DNA from: Amphiscolops sp. MND2022
Taxonomy: Eukaryota
NCBI GenBank assembly: GCA_964187785.1
Contig: OZ076409.1
Span: forward strand, 89,654,001-89,714,000
Length of the DNA: 60,000 bases
Direction: 5' to 3'
Under the pieces are notes generated by a model, which was not told where the DNA came from, did no database searches, and worked only from the letters and a program-made list of their open reading frames with translations. Positions within the stretch are counted from its first letter, which is position 1. Each line of letters starts with the position of its first letter. Positions 26,830 through 39,300 of this stretch are shown here, piece after piece. A program made the position numbers and the translations under genes.

Positions 26830-27865
26830 CCCGGGTCGACCCTCCATGGATATCTTAGTAAGATCTTGGCAAGATCTTGCCAAGATCTTGGAAAAATCCT
26901 AGCTAAGATCGTGACAAGATATTGCCAAGAATTGCAAGATGCCATGGTAAGATCTTATCAAGAGAGCCATGTTTCTTATCAAGAAGCCCAATATGGCAAG
27001 AAAAATGTAACTAAGAAGCCGAACATGGCAAGAAAAAAATTGCTACGAACTGCTCGATATCGAGAAAAAGTAGAATCAGAAAACCATTAACTTTATTAAG
27101 AGTTATGGAAAAATAATCTAGACATCACTCAAAACAAAATTACTGAATGATTTTTACAACCATTTGGATATCGCTATTGTTCTTTCAATTGCAAAACTGT
27201 CGCCAAAAACGGCGACAGAAAAGCTGAATCATTACCCAAATTAGAGCAATGACCGCCGTTTCTAGCAGTAGTAAGGCCGCGAAACAGGCTCAAAGAAAGC
27301 TGGAGATATGATTTTTACAAAAATTTCAGGATTTCAAGGTCTTTCCTTTGTAACTTTCCGATAGTGGGTCTGGACGTTTGAGAGCATATTTCTCCGCCTC
27401 TGGAATCGACAGGAGCGATAAATTACAAGTTTTGGAAAGCCCTTGAAATGACCTTTCATTTGGTACATTCGTAATTTTTCAGATTTAAACAGGTGAGGAG
27501 ATATTAGGATTTTCGTCAAAATTTCGGAAGCCAGAATACGTTATCGTAATTTTTCACGCATTTTTGCATGCAAAACTTTTTCAGCAGGTTTAAGCATTTT
27601 GATTATGAAAACGAGTAGAAATAGTCATTGTTGGGTGAAATGAGCCTTTAGATTGAGTCTCGGCTGCTTGTACCGAAGGTATAGTGTTTTTTTATAATCT
27701 TGAAATATTGTCCATCGTGAACAGATACGATCTTGGAATAAGTATTATCTTAGTAAGATCTTAATAAGAATCTTGCCATGGGTTTCCATGGCTGCCAAGA
27801 TGTAGTAAGAATTTGGCAAGATCTTGCCAAGACAGCCAAGATGCTAGTAAGAGGGTCAACCCGGG
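26830..27865. mobile_element. MITE / non-autonomous DNA transposon (CCC termini, 2-bp TSD AA; CACTA/CMC-like)
   Basis: TIR CCCGGGTCGACCCTC / GAGGGTCAACCCGGG; subterminal arrays of CAAGATCTTG palindromes at both ends; it splits a HINE terminus AACAA|GCCAGGACC. Confidence 0.8.
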
Positions 27866-28050
27866 AAGCCAGGACCGGCCCAAGTCGGCGCCCCGCTCAA
27901 GTTTCTTGAATATGCAAAGGATACTGTTTTTAAACTCTGATCATTTTCTCAGTGCCGAAAAATACCCCAAAGGATAATCATAAGTCTCGGAAACATTTTC
28001 CCCAACTGGAAAAACAAAATCCATTTTTCGAAAAAGAAACGTTTTTTCGG

Positions 28051-29893
28051 TGTCGCCGGGTTTCCCCTGCGAGATGTCCGGCGTGCAGCATCGATGAGCA
28101 GTTCAGCCTATTCCCCATACATCGCAAAACCCAAGACTTCAACCCTAAGTGTCATTGGAGCCACAAACTTTTAAGACATTTAAACTTTTCGTAAACTAAA
28201 ATAGTTGTTTTGAATGTTTGTTTTCGTTGCTATTTCCTCACCATTTGTTGAAGTTATAGTGTTAGTTGATGTAAATTTGTACGGTTTGATGCCTCTGTTG
28301 ATTTGATTAAAATAACAATAAAATCGTTGATAAAACAAAAGAAAAAAGAAAAAACATTGACTAAATAAATAAGTCTCTAGTGATAATGTTGCTAGTTGAC
28401 CTGAACCAAACCCTTATCTTTTACTCCTCAATTACCTTAGAACATTGTACTGCAGTTTATTGTAGCTCCTTTAAGAATATAAAGGATTTATAGCTTGAAT
28501 AAGCGGAAAGTACATGCAAACAGCATGGTCAACCACCCATGAAACAGTATAGTGGGTTTATACGTTCTTTTACCAACAAATCGTACTGCTTTATGCAGTT
28601 CCTACTAAATAGCATATGCAGCTCTAGCAATAAAACAGCATAATGACTACGTATGTGAGCATGTTTATACTCCTTACCGCATTATGCGGAAAACTCCTAA
28701 AAACAGCATAATGTCTACATGTGTGTGCATGGTTATACTTCTTGCCGCATTATGCGGAAATCCTACAAAAACAGCATAATGGATACGTTTGTACGCATAT
28801 TTATGCTCCTTCCCGCATTATGCGGAAACTCATAAAAAACAGCATGATGTTTAATTCACCGTCAGCATAATGAACGCCAGCAGAACGGAGCTAAAGAATT
28901 ATACAGCATTATACTGCTCTTATAGAACAGCATAAATGCCGATATGCGGGTAAAACAACATAATCCGCATATTGTTTTCACTTTAGTTCACCATCGTCAT
29001 GATGCTATATTTAGACCTTCTAGGGATGTGATGTCATGATCTAATTTTAACTCCCGACCCTAGAAACATGACGTAAGGATGATTTTCATGAAATTCCTTG
29101 TCATGGTACTAAAAATATCATCCAATAGAATCATTTGAGAAGACCCTGAAAAAACCATTTTCCCTACATTCATTCAACTGAAAACCCCCTCAGAATACAG
29201 TCACTCAAACCCGCAAAACCTTCCCATCACTTCGAAAACACGCAGTTTCTTTCTCTGTAAAGATAACTACTAGTTTTCATTTCAACAATATCTTTGGAAT
29301 TCAAAGATCTTCTTCAATCAAAACTGTTTTCAAAATGGGAAATCGGAGGAACAGACGTACAAGAAGGGCAGAGTCTCAGTCTCCAGATAGAGATGAGAAT
29401 ACATCAGAAACGAGCTTTACTCGAGGTAATGCGACTTTAACTAATGTTTCTGAAAATGTTAATAACGTTTTTGACAGGAACTTAGGTAGTGAAATAACAG
29501 AACCTTCTCAAATAAGCAACGAGATAGAAGTAATATCACAAAGATTGGCGGAGCAAAATAACAGTAAGATGACACAGATTGAGGAACAATTAAATAACAA
29601 GTTTGAAGAAATACTCAAAGAGATTAGAACAAACAGAAACTACAATACAACAACTGATGAAGAGGATGTTGAGAGAAGTCAACCTGGTCCTTCTAACTCA
29701 AAAAATAAGAGTCTCAGGAACAAACACGCATCAAATACAACGTTAGATAGAGACAAAAATCAGGATGATCGGTTTTACCCATCAGAAATGAGCGAACTAA
29801 GACAGCCATACACTCCCCTTGGAATTGCTAATGAAACCTTAGATGAAACTATCCTAATAAATGAAAACAGACAGGAGAATGCCGATCATCACA
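28051..29893 (+). mobile_element. Solo LTR (1843 bp) with a Gag-N-terminus-like ORF starting at 29335
   Basis: TGT...ACA ends and a 5-bp TSD TTCGG (28046-28050 / 29894-29898). ORF MGNRRNRRTRR... is open to the LTR end and runs into the flank. Confidence 0.85.
28630..28850. repeat. ~68-bp tandem repeat x3 inside the solo LTR, each with the near-palindrome CCGCATTATGCGG
   Basis: AAAACAGCATAATG...CCGCATTATGCGGAAA repeated. Confidence 0.85.
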
Positions 29894-32275
29894 TTCGGAA
29901 AAGTCTCATAGCACAAAAAAGGAACGTTCAGCTCGAACAACTGCCTTTTACCAAGCCGCAGCAAGCAGGAGGGTACCCTTTGACCAAATGAAAATTGCGG
30001 AAAAAAAACGTACGAAGCCAAAAAAACAAAAGGCTGATAAAAAGTATTGCGAGTAAAACAGCGGTTCGGTGGTGTGTAGGAACAACTGTTTCTTGAAATA
30101 TTTTTTCATCACTGCTGCTTTTCTTCAGTACCAGGCCAATAACTTAGAAAAATTTCTCATAGGACATAACTATGACAGGTGTTATGATGGATTCCTATTT
30201 CTACAGTGCCTTTCCAACTTCATACTCATTTGTCTGTTTAGAAATAATATGATTTTAGTTTTTTGTAATCTGTAGGATTTTTACATTTTGACGCTTTAGA
30301 AAATATCATTTTTGCGCGAAGCACAGATTATAGATCGAACTATTTTTTTAGATATTCCAAATTGCGTAAGTCGGTAAAAACAGCTGGTAATGCAAATTAC
30401 GCGTATTTCGTTAATGATTTTTGGTATACGAATAATAGAACGAGTGAGTTTGATTGTTTGAGCAAGGTAGAATTGATGTCAACAGCGAAATTGTTCGAAT
30501 TAGCTAAGTTAGAATTGACTGCTTCGAACGAATTTTGCTAAGTCTTTATTTTGGACGGAAACAGAGATCTGAGGGGAAAAGGCCACCCCCCTTTTTTGGG
30601 AAGGACTTATCCGATCGAGCTGAAAATTGGCATGCATAAACTGGAGGTGTTAACTCAACTTTCGACTCGGAGTACTCGAACTCGAACCTCCCCCCGGTCC
30701 CGGGCTATTAGCACCGGAAGTGACCCAGGTCGACCCCCCTACGAACTCATCGGCGAAGCACGGAATAAGTCGTATTATATATGGAATTGATAGCCCATAT
30801 GATATTAAGCCGTTTGCGCACATTTTCGGACACCCACGACGCGTGTAGGAGGAGCACGGACTCTAAGTAATTAAACCACGATTGTTATGTAAATAGCCAA
30901 CGGACGGCCCGAAGATCATGAAACTTACCCAATATGTTCACATGTTCACATAGCAACCCTAAGTAATATACACGAAAGATATATTGATCGGTCCCCACGC
31001 GCGGAGTAATGTTTGTTTAAGGCACGCGGGACCGGACGCACGGGCCCGACCGATAAAGACATTTTACCTTGGCTTGTAATACCTCAAACGAACCGGAATG
31101 ATGAATGTAGTCGATTTATAACGTGAAAGAAACCGTATTTATAACCCATGCGAGGATAAACGCCTTAAATAAAACAAATGATACGCATATCATGTAACTC
31201 GGTAACCATTGAACTTAGGATAATATAACTCGGCATGTAGCGACTTTGGATGACGACAAATAACTTCAAGGTCACGGATGGACCTCATGGTCATTCTGGA
31301 TGCAACCTATGAACATATAGGGAAACTTACGATCAAACATGTAAATCAGCGCCGTTTGTGTGATAATTTATGCAATTCAGTCAGGCAAAAGAATTCGCGA
31401 TGCACCGTGCTCAGACCAACAGAAAGTTACCCCTTACCCGTAGAGAACATTTAAACCATGTAACCGAAGGTCTTTGAACGATTGTCTCGATATCAGAAAT
31501 ATCTTGGTGACTTGAAATATTATTGAAATGTGAACTTCGAACGAGATGTGAATTATTTGTCGTTGGCGGCAAAGAATGTTTAGTCGAAGTATAATTAGAC
31601 GCGTTCACCATGCCATAAAAGGAATATTAAACATGAAGGTAAACTCATGCAGATTTAAGACGCCGACGCCCTGTATGTAACGAAAATGGCAAGTATGATA
31701 GAAAGTTAAAATGAAACCACCCAGAACACGCGCGATCAATAAAAATAGTTAAGGCGGAATTGGAACAAAATTGAATAGGCAGACCCGAGTTAGAAGGCTG
31801 GTAGCAAGTTGAGTCTCGCGGAGACAAGATACTTCTACGGATTGACACTCGCGCTTCTCGACAACAGAGTTAGAGAGCTACCGGCAAGTTGAGCCTTAAG
31901 GCGAAGGCAAGAGACTTGACTAAGCGAAAGAACTCGTTCGTCAGCAGTATTTCTAACGACAGAAATTGTACAAGTCCGTGGCTTGTGGTTGCATAGTTGG
32001 CTGAATTGTGGATACCGATCTTAGCCAGTTTAGTTAGACCTGATTGATGGTTATAAAGAAGTTACCTGATTTTCGCTGTTGATTGTAATTATATTATTCA
32101 ACCCTTTCTTTTCTTGATCAATCGGGCGAAGCCGAAGAAGAGTGTTTTGGAGAGAAAACTAGCTGAGCTAGTTGTGTTGACGCAAAGCACTTACCCACCA
32201 AATAAAACTTTTTCCTGATAGAGTTAGATCCTCGGGAATTTCTCTCCAGCCCTTGCTATCTAAAAATTTCTACAG

Positions 32276-32292
32276 TGGCGCTCCTGGGTGGG
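32276..32292 (+). promoter_or_regulatory. Primer-binding site, tRNA-Asn-like
   Basis: TGGCGCTCCTGGGTGGG lies 1 nt after the LTR and is nearly complementary to the tRNA-Asn 3' end (CCCACCCAGGGACG-CCA in vertebrates). Confidence 0.75.
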
Positions 32293-32409
32293 GTTTGCTT
32301 TGCTTTGCTTTCTTTTGTTACTGATTACGTTTTACAACATTTGTTTCGAGTTCTGGATTCCATCTTGAATGTATATTCGTAGAGTTGGATATTATACGAG
32401 GATTTCAAT

Positions 32410-33366
32410 ATGGATCAAGACGCAAAACGTGAGCTGCTTGAGTTTGCGATGCAGGTCGTTGGATGAGCAGTGAATGGCAATCAGTATCGAATCTTCAATT
32501 GCGGAACCATTCGACCGGATAGGTTTCCTTCGAGTTCGTTTGCCGATTGGGTTCAATGGAAGACCCACTTTATTGCAGTGGACGAAGCGAATTGGTGGAC
32601 AGACCCAGAGGCTATTGGTGCACTGCCAGCGTGTTTGAATGGACACGCCTTGGAAGAGTTTCAGGCACCACCCCGGGAACTGAAGACTCAGGTAGTGAAT
32701 CGACGGGCGCCTACTTTACGAGCACTCTTTGAGCACTTGGACCAAGTGATGGGAGACACAAGAAACGATAGAGCAGGGCGCAACGAATTCAAAAGTTTGG
32801 TTCAGAAGGAGAGCGAACCCTTGAGGGAGTTTGCACGTCGCGTTCGCAATTTGGGTCTGCTGGTCTTTGGTCATCACGAAGCAGATCAGCGAGACGAATT
32901 GTTCCGTGAACGTTTTTTAGATGGACTATCAGATTCAGACCTGCTAGGAGTTTTGCTACGAGAACGAACGCGTGGATTTGTTGGTATTGTGGATAGAGCG
33001 GTGGAGTTGGAAGGTATTGCCAACTCAGCAAGAACTAGGTCGAGCAGACGAGTTGCTTACGCCAGGCTTGCACAGGAGTCAGCTGTTGCGGTTGAAGATC
33101 AAACTGCAGTGACGGAGACGAAGCAGCAGTTGGATGAAATGACTGGGGCATTGAGCAATCTGACGAATATGGTGGGCCAATTTGTTTCTACAGTGGTCAG
33201 TGCCCGTCGATGCGATGTGTGCGGCGAAGATGGTCACCCTGCAGAAGTTTGTCGACTCATCAGGAATCCTTTAAACTTGCGAGGGCCGGGAGACCGTCAC
33301 GAGAGAAAGTTTTCCCGGCCGCACCAGAAGCTACGTTATCGCAACAGCAAGCCGAAGACATTGTGA
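32410..33366 (+). pseudogene. gag: Gag-like protein with CCHC knuckle; premature TGA at 32464
   Basis: ATG at 32410 is in frame with the 32470 ORF; retrotransposon-gag-like WVQWKTHF and Q..SEPLREFARRVR; CDVCGEDGHPAEVC knuckle. Confidence 0.8.
33270..33320 (+). promoter_or_regulatory. -1 programmed ribosomal frameshift signal (T TTA AAC, 7-nt spacer, 10-bp stem)
   Basis: Heptamer 33270-33276 is in the gag frame; stem GGCCGGGAGA (33284-33293) / TTTCCCGGCC (33311-33320); the -1 frame is open. Confidence 0.8.
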
Positions 33367-34514
33367 AAGCAGCAGCGTCAAGGATAGCGACACGAAAAGT
33401 TCGCCAAGAATGTACCAGTGAGATTCTCCGAGATTACCAGATGACAGTGGAAAAGAAAGGGGTGGCTCGTGAGGTACCACCCAGCAACAGCAGTGCTCAG
33501 CAGGCGGACACCATTGGGTTGCAAGTGGACCGACTCCGAACGGTGCGTGATATGACAAAGACGCATGGGCGAGAGTCTGACAGCACTTTAGAAGATGTAC
33601 CCAAGCTGGAAAACTCCTCTAGAGAGGTTTTGAACATTGCCGACACAGCTGCCGACAGATTTGCGGTTAGCCTCGCAAGCCCTATTGTTCTTCCTCGGTC
33701 CCAACTGGGTGGCATTAATTCAGAAGGAAAACATGTGCACCAGGTAGCTGTGATGACGTGTACTCCATTGACTGACGACTTTAACTTGCTTGTTCGAATT
33801 TGAGAGAGAATGGTTGAAGATATAAACTGGGAAAAAAGGCAGTTGGCAGAGGTGATGGTCGTCGAAAACCACCATCAGAGACTAATGGAGGAGCGTTGGA
33901 ATCCAGCAACTGTCGCAGTGAAAGACGTAGACCACGCAATGCTCGATGAGATTTTGAGAGAAAAGGAAGAGCTTGATGAATCCCATAAACTGTCCGACGA
34001 AGACGAAACAATCATCGACGCTCTATTGGACGAACTGGAACTTGAAAACGCAGACCAAGATGGACGCGAACGGTCTGAATTCCTCGACGTGGAAGAAGTC
34101 CCTGTACCCTGCACTGGCGTGTACAAAGTGTCAGCTGAATGTATTTGTGATGTCACCAAGGCAACTGGGAGATCAGAGACGGACATCGAAGCAGAAGGGA
34201 AGTGCTCCTTCCAGAGTACCAAAGTGGATTGCAGTCATGAGCGACACTACTGCCAGAACCCAGATGAAGTTACCCCCCCAACGCCCAGCTCTTACCTGCA
34301 GGAAGCAATTCTGTGTATCCCACAGAAAGCATGGCAGATAGAAACCCGTCAAAATGGTGATGCCCCCACTGCCAATGCAACCGAGACCGGATGGGACCCG
34401 ACGCTGGAGCAGCCGAAGGAAGAGATCAATGTGGAAGTCTGTAAACCGATGCAGTGTCCAACGAGGCGATACGATGCTGCGATGTATGTGAAACCCCATC
34501 CACTGAACACTTAA
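33270..34514 (+). CDS. Unknown acidic ORF2 in the -1 frame of gag (one internal TGA at 33801)
   Basis: ORFs 33210-33803 and 33810-34514 share a frame; D/E-rich; no pol motifs. Confidence 0.6.
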
Positions 34515-35029
34515 GTATCCTTTCAACAAGACTGATTTTTTATCATTAAGTTTTTAAATTATTCACTTTCGTCAATAATGTATACTTCTTGTTGTCCAGG
34601 CAAATCGAGGTTCCCCCGACCGTAGTTTTTTTTGCAAGATGATGAAATTATATGTAATTTTTTTTGATGAGTAACATTTCAGAGGCTGAACTTCGAGGAG
34701 CCCAATTCGTGTGTTTATATTCACTTCAATGTATCAAGACCCAACCCTGACCCAAACAGATTACATTCATGAAAGTGCCTATGAACATACCCAGACCCCC
34801 TCTCTCGCGACCCTACCCTATTGCTACTCTCCTTGTTGTTTTCTTAGGCGCGATAACTAGCCCCAAACAATCCAAACGTATCCTCGAACATTCAAATTAG
34901 GATCCGTAGGACTACTCCCTTGCGCATTGCCAAAAAGAAAGATGCAATAAATTATATTACTAGGGTGATAGGGATGAAGCGATGAATGATGAAGTTAGGC
35001 TGAAAATGATCGTTTTTGTTCAAGTGAAT

Positions 35030-35368
35030 TCAGGATAAGAAGTCCGGGGGCGACGTCTTCTTGAAGGCTCTCTGAAGCGTTCGTCGGGCCAATCGGAGTC
35101 GAAACGTCTGACCCTCGACCCCTTCCTCTGGGATAGGGAGACTCAGCAGAAAGAGAGTAAATTCGACCCAGCCAGGCGACAGATATTCTAAAAAGAGCTG
35201 CTCCCCTCCTTCCAATAATATTCTTATGTCGTAACCTCCGTCGACACTCATGTTCTGCGTTGAGAAAACGCTCCGATAGAAAAGTGATGCCCATTGCATT
35301 CGTATTAGGATATTCTCAAGCATCATTGCTTTCACGTACCACGAAATTGAGGGGATGTAAGAGTTCAA
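35030..35368 (-). CDS. Small antisense ORF in the pol-less element, unknown function
   Basis: 112 codons with protein-like composition; non-ATG start, possibly spliced. Confidence 0.3.
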   Translation of the reverse strand: MNSYIPSISWYVKAMMLENILIRMQWASLFYRSVFSTQNMSVDGGYDIRILLEGGEQLFLEYLSPGWVEFTLFLLSLPIPEEGVEGQTFRLRLARRTLQRAFKKTSPPDFLS

Positions 35369-35688
35369 TTTAGTAGTTCCGAAACGTGAAGTTGGCGAAA
35401 GCTGTTGGTGAAGAGTAAATTTGCTGAGTAATTAAAACTTTCGACGTCGGGAAACACTTCTCAAATAGTTTTGACTCTTTGACGTACTTTTGAAAGTGAC
35501 TATCTAAGCAAGCAAGTGGAGACCCATGATAATCCACACCTGAATGTTGCTGAAAGTAATAGGACTACAGGGGAGACATTTGTTTGCTCGACAAATAGAT
35601 TCCAAAATCAGACTCGGTATAACGAAGTACACTATTCATAAAGAAAAACTACACATTACCAAGATACTTTCTCTCCTCAACAGAATAG

Positions 35689-35979
35689 ATGGCTTTTAGA
35701 AAACTCTGCTTCGACTGGCCTCTCCCGGGGTACTCTCGACCCGTTAGTTTAGATTGGATTAGGTGCTGGCTTGACAGGGAACCTATCCTCGCAACAATAT
35801 TCTCTCGTGATAATTACCGTCAAGAAGTAATTACGATACCTCCACGCACATTACTTTGGAATATTTTATTCGATTTTTTATGTGACTGGGCAATAATTCG
35901 AACCCATCAAGAAGATCAAGAAATTGAGGACGTCATCAATTTGATCGATTATATGAGCGACGTCATTCGACCCCCCTGA
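35689..35979 (+). CDS. Small sense ORF (96 aa, Trp-rich) upstream of the 3' LTR, unknown function
   Basis: ATG-initiated ORF, divergent from 35030-35368. Confidence 0.4.
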   Translation: MAFRKLCFDWPLPGYSRPVSLDWIRCWLDREPILATIFSRDNYRQEVITIPPRTLLWNILFDFLCDWAIIRTHQEDQEIEDVINLIDYMSDVIRPP

Positions 35980-36332
35980 TGCATCAATGAACGGAAGGTA
36001 GCTCTAAAAAATTGGTTTATTCGAGGACAAGTTGTTCAATATGATTCACTTAGTTTCTTTCTCTGATAGTCTCTGTTTATATGATTTTGAACCTGGACAC
36101 CCCTCCACAACTAATGGCGCTATAAACGTTAACTACCTTTAGATTACATAAATATTATTTTTTCGAAGTTTTTTTTACTTGTTTGTCATTATTGCAGACA
36201 GTTTAATCATCGGGTCTATAGATTGCTTAACCAACCTCCACCCCTAGTCTTCCTTATTATATGTGTGTAACCATAGATACCACGATTCAGCCAACGACAA
36301 ACCGCTAAGTTTATTCGGGAGAATAAAGGTCC

Positions 36333-36344
36333 GGAAGGGAAGAG
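36333..36344 (+). promoter_or_regulatory. Polypurine tract
   Basis: GGAAGGGAAGAG directly abuts the 3' LTR TG. Confidence 0.85.
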
Positions 36345-39300
36345 TGTAGGATTTTTACATTTTGAGGCTTTAGAAAATCTTATCAATTTTGCGCGATGCA
36401 CAGATTATAGATCGAACTATTTTTTTAGATATTCCAAATTGCGTAAGTCGGTAAAAACAGCTGAAAAGGCAAATTAGGCGTAATTCGTTAATGATTTTTG
36501 GTATACGAATAATAGATTGAGTGAGTTTGATTGTTTGAGCAATGTAGAATTGACGTCAACAACGAAATTGTTCGAATTAGCTAAGTCAGAATCGACTGCT
36601 TCGAACGAATTTTGCTAAGTCTTTATTTTGGACGGAAACAGAGATCTGAGGCAAAAAAGGCCACCCCCCCTTTTTGGGAAGGACTTATCCGATCGAACTG
36701 AAAATTGGCATGCATAAACTGGGGGTGTTAACTCAACTTTCGACTTGCGGTACCCGACCTCGTACCTCCCCCCGATCCCGGGCTATTAGCACCGTAAGTC
36801 ACCCAGGTCATCCCCCCTACGAATTCATCGGCGAAGCACGGAATAAGTCGTATTACATATGGAATTGATAGGCCATATGATATTAAGCCGTTTGCGCACA
36901 TTTTCGGACACCCACGACGCGTGTAGGAGGAGCACGGACCCTAAGTAAAGAAACCACGATTGTTATGTAAATAGCCAACGGACGGCCCAAAGATCATGAA
37001 ACTTACCCAATATGTTCACATAGCAACCCTAAGTAATATACGCAAAAGATATATTGATCGGTCCCCCACGCGCGGAGTAATGTTTGTTTAAGGCTCGCGG
37101 GACCGGACGCACGGGCCCGACCGATAAAGACATTTTACCTTTGCTTGTAATACTTCAAACGAACCGGAATGATGAATGTACTCAATTTATAACGTGAAAG
37201 AAACCGTATTTATAACCCATGCGAGGATAAACCCTTAAGTAAACAAATGATACGCATATCATGTAACTCGGTAACCATTGACCTTAGGATGATATAACTC
37301 GGCATGTAGCAACTTTGGATGACGACAAATAACTTCAAGGTCACGGATGGACCTCAGGGTCATTCTGGATGCAACCTATGAACATATAGGGAAACTTACA
37401 ATAAAACATGTAAATCAGCGCCGTTTGTGTGATAATTTATGCAATTCAGTCAGGCAAAAGAATTCGCGATGCACCGTGCTCAGACCAATAGAAAATTACC
37501 CCTTACCCGTAGAGAACATGTAAACCATGTAACCGAAGGTCATTGAACGATTGTCTCGATATCAGAAATATCTTGGGTGACTTGAAATATTATTGAAATG
37601 TGAACTTCGAACGAGATGTGAATTATTTGTCGTTGGCGGCAAAGAATGTTTAGTCGAAGTATAATTAGACGCGTTCACCATGCCATAAAAGGAATATTAA
37701 ACATGAAGGTAAACTCATGCAGATTTAAGACGCCGACGCCCTGTATGTAACGAAAATGTCAAGTATGATAGAAAGTTAAAATGAAACCACCCAGAACACG
37801 CGCGATCAATAAAAATAGTTAAGGCGGAATTGGAACAAAATTGAATAGGCAGACCCGAGTTAGAAGGCTGGTAGCAAGTTGAGTCTCGCGGAGACAAGAT
37901 ACTTCTACGGATTGACACTCGCGCTTCTCGACAACAGAGTTAGAGAGATACCGGCAAGTTGAGCCTTAAGGCGAAGGCAAGAGACTTGGCTAAGCGAAAG
38001 AACTCGTTCGTCAGCAGTATTTCTAACGACAGAAATTGTACAAGTCCGTGGCTTGTGGTTGCATAGTTGGCTGAATTGTGGATACCGATCTTAGCCAGTT
38101 TAGTTAGACCTGATTGATGGTTATAAAGAAGTTACCTGATTTTCGCTGTTGATTGTAATTATATTATTCAACCCTTTCTTTTCTTGATCAATCGGGCGAA
38201 GCCGAAGAAGAGTGTTTTGGAGAGAAAACTAGCTGAGCTAGTTGTGTTGACGCAAAGCACTTACCCACCAAATAAAACTTTTTCCTGATAGAGTTAGATC
38301 CTTGGGAACTTCTCTCCAGCCCTTGCTATCTAAAAATTTCTACATAATCTTACCCCGTGTTCAACGGATTTGTTTGCAAGCTTTCTCCAACGGTTGGTTG
38401 TTTCCTTGATTGAGCATTTCAGTATTCGTTATTATAAGAGATGATTTAAGATCTTTTTACCTATTTAAAGGCTAGATACTGTTTTCTATCAAAAGATTTT
38501 TCCCGAAAACGTCTCGCTATTTTCTTTCAACCTTTTCAACTCCATGGAATACCAACGTCATTGTTACCTGCGTCATATGAAATAAATAAAAAGGGGTTAG
38601 ATCTCTCAGAAAGAGTTCGAACAATTCCGTGTTATCAACGACGTGATTTTGTTCTTTACTTCTGTCATGAGTTCTTGCTTCCTTTTACGAATCCAACTGA
38701 GCGAAAACCGAGAATTGTAAGCATTTTTCGAGATGTTTCTTAGGCTTCGTTGTCTCATGACTTCATGACTGTTGTAAGATGGCAACAGACTCTTTTCCTA
38801 CTCGAAAATTATGGGAATTATCATTTAACTTTGAAACAAAGCTCATTTACGTGACTTGCATCTTATTCGCTTGGACATTAGCTAAATTACTTCAACTATG
38901 AACAGCTCATGTATTATGAAAACTTCATGTTTTGTGAATAAATCTCTCGAATTTTCCCCACTTATCTTCTAAATCTTCCAGGTTCAAATTGAAAAAATAT
39001 CAATAGTTGGATGAGACAATATGTTTGTACGGATGATATAATATAAAACTAATGTAAAGCGCCATTTCATTCCAAAGTTTTTTTACTACTTTCGTTTTTC
39101 AAATATTGGGTGCGATGTAATTGTATCGAAAAGTTCATCTCTACTGTTTTCGTTTCCGTGCCTACAATACCATAGATCATTTCCACAATTATTGACAAAA
39201 CTCTCACCCGTTCCGCGGGACCGAAAACATCCAATGAGGTCACATTTGCGACACCGGAAAATGTTTTCCTCTCAGTAAACCTAAAAGAAACAAATAGTGG

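Larger units (their letters stand above)
30271..38344 (+). mobile_element. Non-autonomous (pol-less) Gypsy-like LTR retrotransposon, 8074 bp; LTRs 30271-32274 and 36345-38344
   Basis: Near-identical ~2.0 kb LTRs with TGTAG...CTACA ends, TSD TAATC, PBS and PPT. No protease, RT, RNase H or integrase motifs seen internally. Confidence 0.93.

Noticed and set aside
28630..28850. Palindromic repeats with ~68-bp period resembling CRISPR repeat-spacer units
   Set aside because: The intervening sequences are also similar to each other, so this is a tandem repeat inside an LTR.
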